Positions 11,294-22,669 of a stretch of 64,000 nt of DNA are shown in pieces. The first letter of the stretch is position 1. Each line of letters starts with the position of its first letter. The notes below the pieces were generated by a model that saw nothing but the letters and a program-made list of their open reading frames with translations, did no database searches and was not told the DNA's origin. A program made the position numbers and the translations under genes. Origin of the DNA: Bugula neritina (taxonomy: Eukaryota; Animalia; Bryozoa); assembly GCA_964035545.1 (NCBI GenBank), contig OZ037770.1, positions 15,490,642 through 15,554,641 of the forward strand, in the 5' to 3' direction.

Positions 11294-12151
11294 ATGTCAG
11301 AAGCAGGGGTAGACATGCTGTCCGACATACATTTAGCAACATTTACGGACTCCCCGACACACACTGCGATGCAAATTGATACCAACGACTTGACTGATGA
11401 CTTGACTGTAGCCAAGGACACTACTCTAGCACTACCAAGAGCCTTACTGGGACGGACTAACTGGACGACTCGACGGACTCGAACATTGATAGAAGCAATA
11501 GTAGGGACGGACGACAATAGACAATGCACTGAATGTAGAAGAATACTATCGACTACTAGGAGACTGAGAATACACGTTCCACAACACTTTACTGTGACTT
11601 TCTGTCCCTGCGGAGTTCACCACTTCTGCAGGGACACGATACTGAGACACCAACGAACTAGAGACTGTTACGTAGGGCACTTGTATGAAGTCGACGCAGA
11701 CTCTTACACGGAGTTCCGGGACCTAATACTACCCCACGTGACTGACCCGGACCGACGGCAGACTCTCCTGGACCACTTCCCCGCTACCCGACCTACAGTA
11801 GAGAGTGACTCTGATGCAGACCCCCAACCCTCCGAAACAACGACTACCTACCCTCCAGACGTAACCACCCAACCTCTACGCGTCGTAGTAACCCGTGCTG
11901 GACGCGCTGTGACGAAGGACTCACAACCCCCAACGACGACAATCTCCTATGTACCCCGACACACCCATAAGAAGAAGAGGGGTGCTAGCAACACACCCCG
12001 AGATGACAGCGACCCTGACCAATCCCTACTAGCCGACATTAGGAAAGTACAACGGCGTATGGCTCGCCTCAGTAAGGAACAGAAGCGAGCAACCACCGAG
12101 CTGGCTAAGTTGCAGACCCGACTAGAGAAACGGCTGGCAAAGAAGTGCTAG
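11294..12151 (+). CDS. Retrotransposon ORF3: putative zinc-finger/coiled-coil nuclear protein (not Env)
   Basis: 285-aa ORF between pol and the PPT. C-x2-C-x12-H-x3-H (CTECRRILSTTRRLRIHVPQH), a second C/H cluster (CPCGVHHFCRDTILRHQRTRDC), basic HKKKRG and a C-terminal heptad helix. No signal peptide or TM segment. Confidence 0.7.
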   Translation: MSEAGVDMLSDIHLATFTDSPTHTAMQIDTNDLTDDLTVAKDTTLALPRALLGRTNWTTRRTRTLIEAIVGTDDNRQCTECRRILSTTRRLRIHVPQHFTVTFCPCGVHHFCRDTILRHQRTRDCYVGHLYEVDADSYTEFRDLILPHVTDPDRRQTLLDHFPATRPTVESDSDADPQPSETTTTYPPDVTTQPLRVVVTRAGRAVTKDSQPPTTTISYVPRHTHKKKRGASNTPRDDSDPDQSLLADIRKVQRRMARLSKEQKRATTELAKLQTRLEKRLAKKC

Positions 12152-12381
12152 AGGTGCGGCCACCTACACATGTACCCCCCCCCTCCCGGCTAGTCAAGCA
12201 GTGTAAATAAGTGTTATGGACTACGGCGTGAAGACTCATTTATTATACTTATGTTATCTACTCTGTATATATATTTTCTCTTGTTCAATTGTACCCTAGT
12301 TTTGTAAAGCACTATGTTACCTTCATTATTATTCGTGTGTTACTGTCATGTAAATATTAAGTCTAGAGAGTACTTTTCGAT

Positions 12382-12393
12382 AGGTGAGGAGAG
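12382..12393 (+). promoter_or_regulatory. Polypurine tract
   Basis: AGGTGAGGAGAG directly abutting the 3' LTR. Confidence 0.85.
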
Positions 12394-12803
12394 TGTGATA
12401 GATTTTAGTAGTGCAAGTATTATGGTATTAATCGAAAAGGTTTACTCTATATTGTTTTATGTATCTTGTGAGTTCGACACTGTCGGAGTGTAGCTATGGG
12501 CAGTAGTGGCACCATTAGTAGCCACCAATCAGGACAATGACATTAATTGATAGCAGGTGGAGCTAGCTACTCGTAGTTGCAGTGCGCTGAGTAGCTAGCC
12601 GGCAGAGCAGCTTGGGACTTCATTTAGAACAGTTGTGTATTAAAGCTCACTAATTATGTAATCGTTTTCTATTCATGCTAGCAGTAAATAACCTTCTTGT
12701 ATTTGTGTAAATAATAAAGTATCTTATCGTAAACAACCTGTCGCAGTGGCTTTGATTAAGTAGACCCACAAATAATAATAGTGAACTGGCAAAATTCACT
12801 ACA
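12394..12803 (+). repeat. 3' LTR
   Basis: 410-bp direct repeat of 4921-5330, followed by TSD ATAG. Confidence 0.97.
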
Positions 12804-15800
12804 ATAGCTTCAGTAGATACAATCTTCACAGTGGACCAATCACTGAAGGTTATTGTACTCTTATATATCTATATTTTGATTTGTTGGCAGTCTGCATTAG
12901 ATATAAACGACATTCAATAGTAAATTCAGTAAAATAAATATTTAAAGTGTTATGCACATAATTCAAAGGAATAATATAATTCAAAAGAAACTTTTTCTCA
13001 AGCAGTAAATTTGATTGACAAGTCAAGCTAAACATACAGTGAATTCTGAGCTGTCATTTGCAGCAGTTTCTATAAGTTTTTCAGACGAGATTTTAACTGT
13101 TATGTAACCTACTGTCAAGGTTATGTAACGTCAATTGTCTATAGGCAGCTCTTCCAATAATGTCTCACAACTGTCTTCATACCATATTAGTGTTTCTGAT
13201 TTATACAATGAAATTCTTTTCTGTTGCAGTTTGTTGATAATTTTTATTTATATTAACAACTATCTATCATGTTTTAAATGTTTTATTAATCGAACATATG
13301 TCCAACTATTTTTATTAATTTTAGTATACTTTACAAAAGCGGATGAAAACTGTTTTCACAGTCAATTAGTTGATTTGAAGCACAATTTCTCAAAAAGCAG
13401 GTTACACTGTTACTTTTAATCCTAATTAATTTACCCTGTTGCTACAACATAGGGAAGTGTGTTAACTTTTGTGAAAGCATAAATTAATTCAATAATATAG
13501 ATTTAAAAATAAAATCGAGTTTATATTTCCTCTTAGACATTGTGTAATACTTTATTTACTTTAAAACTAAAGGTCAAAATGTATAAATAACGCACTTTGT
13601 CAGTCTGCCATTCTATTATAATACACAAGAGAAATTGATGCTTGGTAATTAATGATGAAAGAGTGTTGCCAATAGTATAATAATACAACATGCTAAAATA
13701 TGGTATTAGAATTTAACAAAATTAGAATGCAATAATATGTAATATAATACACTATTAGGCAATGATGTAATATAACACAATGATATAACTAAACATAATT
13801 AATATGATAAGTGGTTTGAAAGTAAAATATTATTGTCAAATAAGTACATTATATGTACTTTTATCACTGCATAGAGAGAGATGGTGTTATTTATATACTG
13901 AGTCTAGTCGTATTGGATTTTACATACTAAATATAATTCTGTTTACCTGACAATCCATTACTAAACAAACATATAATAATATGACTGTAAGACTGCGCCA
14001 TACTGTGTTCCTCAGCTTGCTGATAATTGAAGCAAATTAAAACTCTTAACATTTTTAATCTGTCGCTATAGCTTACTAGCTTCTTACAATGTATATACAA
14101 AACTCAAACTTCAATTCTGTTATCTTATAGTCGCTCTAAATTATACCTTCTGTATTGACTGTATTTTACAAAAACAATAGCAAATAGTAAATGGCATTAC
14201 GCTGTTTTCAAAGTTGAGCACATTTGAGACAATAATATTTCTAAAAGCATCTGGTTGGATTGGTTTTTTTAACCTTAACTAATTTGCCTTGTGGTTTCAA
14301 CATAAGGAATTGCTAATATTTCCACAAAGGTAAATTAATTCAATAATGTCAGATTAAAAATAAAATTTAGTTCCTATTTCCTTTAAGACATTATTTATTC
14401 CGTCTACTTTGAAATTGAAAGGTGAATATATAATACTTTGTCAGCTTGCAGTTCTGTAATATTATGCATAGGATTATAGCGTTAAGCCTTCCTAATTATA
14501 GTATATCAAAACACTTCCTGGATCAAACTAATACCACCTTTCAAGGAAATAACAGATTATAGTAGATTTTACAATCAATTGTTCTGCTCTTTATAACTTA
14601 TATGTCTAAGTTTTTACAGAATGTAAACAAAAATTCTCAATAACGCTGTTTACCACTATTGTTGAAATTTGCAACTGAAAATATAATTAAAGCATAATAT
14701 AATGCAAATATAATACAATATATTATAAAATCATACAATGTATAATATAGCACAATATGTCATTTAATAATTTTTTATATAATATAATAACAAACACAGT
14801 GTTATTTTACGAATATTTTTAGTTGTCCAAACTATCACTTAATTCAAATATTTAATATGTTATTAATCATGAGGTTGGGATATTGAATGCGCTTGATTAT
14901 TAATTATGTCAGAATTACACCTGCAGATGGCTACACAATTATTGAAACTTGCTGCTGTTTCATTAGTTGATACAATATAAAGCGGTTCTTCTGATATTTA
15001 CATTGACCAATTTAGAATAATTACATCACATTATTCAACATAACTTTATTTATTTTCAAAAGTGTGCAGGAACTCTTTATTTACAAAGTAGTATTTATAT
15101 TAATATATACAGTATATTATTATAGCTAAGGTAGGGCAGCATCACATGTGTTGCTGAGAATTTTAACTTACTGAACCTAATTAAAAACATAGAAATAGTT
15201 AAAACAGCTAATCTGTTTTATTTTTTATTTTTACATAAATTCTTCCCTTTTAAAACAATATTATGATAAAATAGTTTTCTTGATCCATTGAAGCTCTCTG
15301 TAATGAAGCTTGCAGCTGTGTGATGGAATTATATAGCTTCATAAAGATGAAACAAACTTGTAATTAGTGATAAAATTTACATAAAATATATAATTTTAAA
15401 AATCATGCAAGAAGTGTGTTTAAATTATTTATTTATTTGTTTATTAAGTATTTCTTAAAAGCATAACCCATACTAAGTGAAGTATTGGATCAATAAACGA
15501 CCTTGAAATCATCGTAATCTCATCAATATAACTTACAAAGTTAATGGTTGACTAATGAATCGAATCCAGGTAATGGTAACCCTCTCTTAACTGCTATTCA
15601 ACTCTCAGCCAATCATATGCAACAAATGATTTGATTGGCTGACTTTTTGTAATTACTATAATAACATAAACAGACAATCTTAGATTACTATGCTTTGAAA
15701 AAAGAGACAGAGAGATGAGTCGTTTAACTTAGTGAGTTCTGATTGGGTAAAAACCTGACACTTTCTAGCTCAGCCTTAAAGTCATAATTATTATATGTTT

Positions 15801-16361
15801 GTTTAGTAATGGAGCGTGAAATCATCACGTACAGAATGTCTTCTTTTTTACTGGAGAATGAATTACGAAATCCTAAATACCTGCATCGCATGAGAACTGC
15901 AGCTAATGCTTTGTACAAAGCTGGCACTATATACTTTTGCACCAAACCAAAGGTTTGCGAAATCTTTAAAAATCCAGGTTACATTTGAGTAAAGCAGAGA
16001 GAATTGAAAGCTGGTTTAAGTTGTGGAATGATTCACCATAAGCTGTTGCATTGCATTGTATGTAGCAGCAATATATATGGGAATTATAGCCTCCACATAT
16101 ATGTTATCCCATATAATATATTAAATTTATAGTTCTGTGATCTGCCTATGTTAAGAGAGAACATTCTAGTAATATATTATGGTTATGAAACTGACATTAT
16201 ATATAGGAGAATATATCAGTTACTTCCAGTATATATATACTAAAAGAAAACTGGACTCTGTATATGAATAACACTCACTCTCAAACCACTTCCCATTGAG
16301 TATAAAACAGTTTACTCAATCTTAAAGTCATGTTCACCCTAATGTGCCAACATAATGTATA

Positions 16362-18184
16362 CAGGGATGTAGTGGTACCCATACGGTCCCATACGCCGTA
16401 TGGCCTAGAAGAAAATAGGCTGTTCTTGGCCATACGCCCGTATGGGCATATATTTTTTGAAAGTGTTACTGATTAGTGCACAGGATAGTTAAGGCATCCT
16501 CATTGAGAACATCATAAATTTCGCTCACAATCTAGTTTAAGTTCTTGTTATGTTAATGCTATGTGGGTGGCATGCGTGTTGCCTACTTGTGATTGTTTAG
16601 CCTGAGATTACACTATGAATAATAAGCAGCTATCAACATTCCATCTTCTCATCTCTACGTATTCACTGAAGCGCGAAGTGCTGCGCATTAGTGATTACTA
16701 AGGAAAAAATATTTCATTTTCAGTGTATAAATCACTAATTTGTAGAAAATCTATGAAGGCTATTGAAAAGATAAAAAAGTTTGCTATGCATAAATTTCTC
16801 AGGTTTTCGACAGTGTTTGTTTTATTCGAATACTATGCTTTCCTGCTGAGATATTTGGCAGGGTTTGAAAAATAAACTTTTCAGGTAAAATTGGCCAAAA
16901 TAGTAGATTTTTGTCTATAACCTTGCAAAAAAAATATTGAAAATTCGAAAAATCAGGTGCTCTGAGGAACAGGAAGGTCTAAAACATAGTTTTTAAATTT
17001 TAATTCTAGCACAATTAAGTATGGTTTTATTTGGCTGGACTGAATTATTATAATATACCAATAATGTGGCCTCAGCAAGGCAGTGTCAGCTAGAAAGTTG
17101 CCATTATTTATCTTGTGTGGACTTGGATTTTGTCAATAAGCAATGAAATTTGGAAAAAAACCAACATGAAATCCAGAAATAAAATCAAAATGTCTTCAGG
17201 AAACAGTACCAGGTGTGTAGGAGAGGTTAACGAAAATTTATCACTGAGGTCTACAGGTACTATGTCCACATTTTGCTCAAAAACCTAGCGTTATTGCATG
17301 TTAATTATATCAATGCAATGAGGTTTTGCAAACTGTACACCACCATAAGTAACCGTTTATGTTTGATTGTACTAACTAACATCTGGCTTTATATTTAATC
17401 ATCTTCTAGGTTAACACATATTAAACCTGTCAACTTTTTTTATTTGGGGTATGTTTCCTTGATGTGTCTAGTGAAAGTTCAGGGGTTTTATTTTAAAACC
17501 AAGTTAACATACTCTTCTTGGGTGTGCTTTATTGTGCGTTAGAAGGTGTGGTGGTATCTCCTTATGGTTTAGACTAATACTCTAATAAACTCCAATTAGG
17601 TTTTTAACCAATTTCTGCTTGCCAATGAGTTACCAATTCAAATTGCTCTTTATAAATAACAAACGCACATTTTCTGATTTGCAATCTGCCTCTCTTCTGA
17701 TCTATTATTCTTTTTCTAGGCACGTCAGTCTATTAGTTATTAATAAAGTAATCAGGTTGCATTTGGAGAGCACTTGTTACCTGCCTCTATCCTTCCATCT
17801 TTTTGAGATCTTCAGTAATTTTTCTGTACAGTTTGGACTTGGTGCATGTCAGAACAAACCTAACTGCAGTTGAGTAAGACTACATTTAAAATTACAGCCA
17901 ACAAGTATGGGACAATACTGAATATTTATACAGTTTGCAGCAATGCCCAGTTGTCACGTAGCTGGTATGGTATGAAAATAATAGTGAGGTGCACATTTCA
18001 ACACAGATTTTTTTCAGAAGAATTAGAATTCACAATGGCTTTAAATTGCATAAATTTGCATCAGAAGCGCTCTGAGGGCTTCGGCGGCCGGGGCGCTGCC
18101 CCGGACCCCGCCGGGGGCCTGGGCGGCCCCCTGGACCCCCGGCCTGAGAGTATGGCCTAGAATATTTTTGCCACTACATCCCTG
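16362..18184. mobile_element. Non-autonomous hAT-type DNA transposon (1823 bp)
   Basis: Perfect 14-bp TIRs CAGGGATGTAGTGG/CCACTACATCCCTG, 8-bp TSD AATGTATA (16354-16361 and 18185-18192), subterminal CCATACG/CGTATGG motifs, GC-rich block at about 18075-18145, no transposase ORF. Confidence 0.9.
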
Positions 18185-19339
18185 AATGTATAGTTATGTT
18201 ATTGTGTTATATTGCATTATTATAACATTTTTATTAATTAATGTAAATTATTACATAATATATTAGTAAATTATAATTTTATCAATTTCTGTTATTATAT
18301 TCTAGTATAATATATTATTATTTTATTGGCAACACTCTTTCATTACAAATTCTTCATTAATTACCAGGTAAACTTCAGTTTTACAGTAAAATATGCATAA
18401 CATTATAAAATAGCATGTTGATAAATTACTATATATAATCAACCCTCAGTTTCAAAGTAGAATAAGTGTTACAGAATTTCTTAATGGGAATGAAAAGTAA
18501 ATTTGGTTTTTTAATCCATTTTATAATTAGTTTACTTTCATGCTGATGTGAGCACTTCCTTATTTAGGTTAAACTATTTAGGATTAAGTTTGACTATTCC
18601 ACCTGGTGCTTTTTGATACTATACCAATTCACATTTATACTTTATATTGTGCTGGGAAATTTTGTAGCGGTTTGCTTGTTTTGGTAGATTAATGTATAAA
18701 GTCATTAAATATAGTTTAAAATATGTTTAAAAATTAAATATTTAAAGTGAGATAGATGACTTTGAAAATATAAATTACCAACAAGCTACAGGAATAACCC
18801 TTCATATATACTTTTTATTATACAGATAAAAACATTGAGACAATAAGGAGAAGAACGTGCAATGAGAAATTATTGAGAAAAGCTGCCTTGATATGACACT
18901 ACGTAACAGTTAAAGTGTCGTCTGATAACTTATTAAGGCTGCTGAAAATGGCAGCTCAGAATTCACTGAACGTCTAGCTTTACTCATCAATAAACTTTAG
19001 TGTTTGAGGAAAAGCTCCTCTGAATTATATTATTTCTTTGAGTTATTTACATAATAATTTATATATTGATTCGTTCTATTTTTCTATAACATATCGTATC
19101 TATCTGAGGGAGGCTGCCAACAAATGAGAATATATAGATATATACGAGTATAATAACCTTCAGTGATTGGTCTACTGTGAAGATTGTATCTACTGAAGCT
19201 ATACACACCATTTGATGCCTAATTAGTTACACCCAACTATATTAGTATACAAGTATCTTATTGGATACAGCAGGTAATAAATTCTATGGTATATGGTATT
19301 TCGCAAAAAATATTTGGCAGGTGCCAACAGGTGGTTTGG

Positions 19340-19346
19340 TATAAAA
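19340..19346 (+). promoter_or_regulatory. TATA box of copy B
   Basis: TATAAAA at 19340, Inr-like TCACTC with A at 19371 (31 nt downstream), ATG at 19408. Confidence 0.7.
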
Positions 19347-19407
19347 GGGAGAACTTTATCTTCAGTTGTCACTCATTCACTGGAGCCTCATCTCATCCTC
19401 CAACAAT

Positions 19408-21918
19408 ATGAAGTATTTTGTGGTAAGTATAGTTTATCTTTTATACATGGTTATACAAATAGTATAGCTGTAAGCACACGTCTGTGTTTAATTCTACATA
19501 GCAATCATGGTTATTATATACTGACTTATTAATTGAAGTTATCGTCTTCGAACATATTGTTAGATGAAAGAGTTGGTGAAAATGAATTTCACTTATTTCA
19601 ATTTTGTTAATTGTAAAAATGTAAATCATAAATTCTTATACTGTATAAAATAAATCACATAGATAAACAAAAATATTATGTTGTAGAGTTGCTACTAATA
19701 ACTAAATAAAATAAATCAAATAAAGTATGTTATATTATTTTTTAAGGCTGCTACTAAATTATTATTATATGCCTGCACACTAAGTTATTGTCACGTATAT
19801 TATATTTGTTCAACATCACAATGTGCAGCAAGTTTAGTGAAATGTTGTTGATAACATTTAATCAAATATCAAAATGTATACAAACCTTACGCATAAACCT
19901 CTTATAGTTTGGTAACTATATATAATAGATTTGAATGCAAGACTCCACTCAATGATAAAGTTAGTGATTATGTTTCTACATGTAAACTATGTTGATAAAT
20001 TATTTTATATGTCATCTTTTAGCTTGTGACGCTGTTGCTAGCCCTGGTTTCTGCTCAACGCCGTACTATAGAGCGCCGTACTACAGAGCGCCGTACTACA
20101 GAGCGCCCCACTACAGAGCGCCGTACTACAGAGCGTCCCACTATAGAGCGCCGTACTACAGAGCGCCGTACTACAGAGCGCCCCACTACAGAGCGCCGTA
20201 CTACAGAGCGTCCCACTACAGAGCGCCGCACTACAGAGCAGCCCCAAGGAGATCATGGGGAGACAAGTCCTGATGATTGCACTGAAGAAGGAGTGCTCTG
20301 CTCAGATCTGAGTAAACTTCCTCGGGGAACTTTTAAGTGAGTAAATATATAGACTAGCAGGAGAGTGATTCTTTTATTATACTTAGTAGGTCAGCTTCAC
20401 CATGTAGTTGAGTTCATAGTGTTGACTCAGTAGTCACATGAGAAGACAACTATGGTATCTTAGAATGTGATAATTTAATGGCTCATTTCCCCAACTAGTA
20501 AATATATACTATGTTGTGTTTAGTAGTCAGTCTAGGTCTCATAAGTATGTAAACAGACTTTATATCTATATTGTAGCTAGAGAGTTGTGCTCACTATGAA
20601 TACAAAATACATACTAATAGGCCACGCCCCTTTTTACAAAGCTAGATGTTGTAGTCTAACTACATACAGTTACAGGAACATCTGATTACCTTTGACTTGT
20701 GTAGATAAAATAGCATTGTAGAAATGCTTAAATTGGCTGTAATAATTACTTTATTCTGGATGCATTTAGTTCCAGCACTGATGAAACTGCTATGCAACGT
20801 GCAGCCGAAAGAAAATTCACGAATCAGACAGATTTGGGTCAAAGAGAGGATGAATACAGAGCTCTTGAACGTGGAATGGCAAACATGGCCGGAGAATATA
20901 GATCAAACCAGGCATCACTGTGAGAAAAATATTAAATGTTTTTCTAGTCTCAGAAATATTTTCAAATATGGACAAATATAGAATTAATAATCACATAACA
21001 ACATTTGCAAAGAAAGTATAGCTTAACTATTACCTGTAAGTTTTTACCGTTTAGAGCTATTTCCTGTTAGCATATTGAATAATGCCTGTTTTCACACACC
21101 TACTCTTTGTATACAATATGTACAACATTACAAGGAAAGTCATTGGTGCTGTTCATTTTTTATTATTTTTCAAAAACCAGCTCCTACAAACTGCATTTCA
21201 AAATTTAATCATTTTAAATTAACATCAGTTTTGTTGTTTCAATGAGACTCAGCTAAAATGGATATGCCAGACATAGGCTAACCAGTAAGTCTCTGTTAAC
21301 TATTTAGAATTAGCAGCGGAAAATGGGAAACATCATGCCAGAAGTCCTGTTTCTTCTGGTACCCAAAAGCTATCTTCCATGTAGGACACTGGTGGCACAT
21401 CGTCCACTTCAGACCTTTCTACTTTTACCAGTTTTTCCATCACTGCTGGTGTCACCAAACACAATGTTCAGGCCGATCAGTAAGTAGTAGTATAAGTAAA
21501 TAAATAGTAATGTGATAGTAAGCAGTAAGTTATAGTGAGTAGTTAGTATTGATTAAGTAAACAGTGAATATAGTAAGTAGTAACTAGTAAGTAGTAAATG
21601 ATAAATATAGCGAATAGTAAGTAACAAGTTGTGCATGGATAGTAAGTAGTAGTATAAGTGTATAAATAGTAATATGGGATTATAATATAATAGTAATATA
21701 GTAATATAATATAATATACTACATTAAACTACTGTATGCATGTGTGTATCTCCAACTAAGTGTGTGTGTTTGTATTGCAGCTCTCTGGTAACTTGTGGTG
21801 GAATGGTAGATGTGTCCCACAATATAGATATGTTAGATTCCTCATCTGGAGATGGCCTTTGGGATTCCAATGGAGATGGTTTAAACTGAGATCTGATTGC
21901 TGCTGTATTCCATATTAA
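19408..21918 (+). CDS. Secreted Spaetzle/neurotrophin-like cystine-knot precursor, copy B (262 aa, 5 exons)
   Basis: Exons 19408-19422, 20023-20336, 20770-20919, 21308-21479, 21781-21918. Same architecture as copy A but with 12 R(R/P)T(T/I)E units. The knot domain differs from A at only 2 residues (A/V, G/L). Confidence 0.85.
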
Positions 21919-22669
21919 GAGGCTGCAGTACAACCTCCCAACCTGGCGATTTCAGTTCACATAGAACTGTTACAAAATATTTCTATCTTGATTTCAATTG
22001 CCATTGAACACTGTTTATTTACTTTTTCTAAACACTAATTGCATTAACACAAAGTTTGCTAAATAATGTTCCCAACCTTGCTGATTTCAGTTCACATAGA
22101 ACTGTTACAGAATATTTCTACCCTAAACCTTAATTACTGCTGTAAACTGTTAATTTACTTTTTCTAAACACTAATTGTATTAACATAAAGTTTGCTAACT
22201 AATGCTTTTCTAAAAAACTGTCTCTTTTACTTGTTAAAAATTTGACCAATAAATGTTTTTCAAAAATTATTTGCCTTCAACTTCATAGTGTGAATATTTA
22301 TAAATTGCGTACATCATAATGCTGCTGTTAGAGCCAAACAACTGTTTATATGTAAATCAGAAGTTACAGAGAAGTTTTTACACTGTAATCTAACAACATA
22401 TTTGCATGATGAATCATAACTGAACCAGAAAAGCAGACAACCCCAGTTATTGTTACTAGTAATAAAATTAGTAGCTCCCTAATACAAGCTTATTATAACT
22501 GAATGCATTTTCATTGTTCATATGAGACAATTTAATTGTTTTACTCTTCAAACTAATGAATTAAAACGGTATTATAAAACATGCCACAGAGTAGAGTAAA
22601 GCAGTATTAAAATATATTATAGTCGAAGACTTAACTGGATTGCTGTGTAGATCTCAAGCCAACTGAGCA

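Larger units (their letters stand above)
4921..12803 (+). mobile_element. Full-length Ty3/Gypsy LTR retrotransposon (7883 bp)
   Basis: Two 410-bp TG...CA LTRs, 4-bp target-site duplication ATAG (4917-4920 and 12804-12807), PBS, PPT and gag-PR-RT-RH-IN order. The paralogous empty site near 19190-19210 has a single ATAG. Confidence 0.97.
1930..13700. repeat. Left arm of inverted duplication (about 1930-4920 plus 12804-13700, interrupted by the LTR element)
   Basis: Reverse-complement similarity to about 18300-22530 across exons, introns, promoter and 3' flank. Outer limits are approximate. Confidence 0.85.
18300..22530. repeat. Right arm of inverted duplication
   Basis: Reverse complement of the left arm. 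Has an extra ~135-bp tandem duplication at about 21935-22210. Confidence 0.85.

Noticed and set aside
5326-11529. Many antisense and alternate-frame ORFs inside the retrotransposon
   Set aside because: Expected in GC-rich coding DNA; no motifs.
11294-12151. ORF3 as an envelope gene
   Set aside because: No signal peptide, fusion peptide or transmembrane segment.
15724-18160. ORFs 15724-15945, 17619-17873 and 17870-18160
   Set aside because: Non-ATG starts, no recognisable domain and no transposase motifs.
20026-20340. RRTTE ORF as a stand-alone neuropeptide precursor
   Set aside because: It is exon 2 of a larger gene. The released pieces would be TTE tripeptides without amidation signals.
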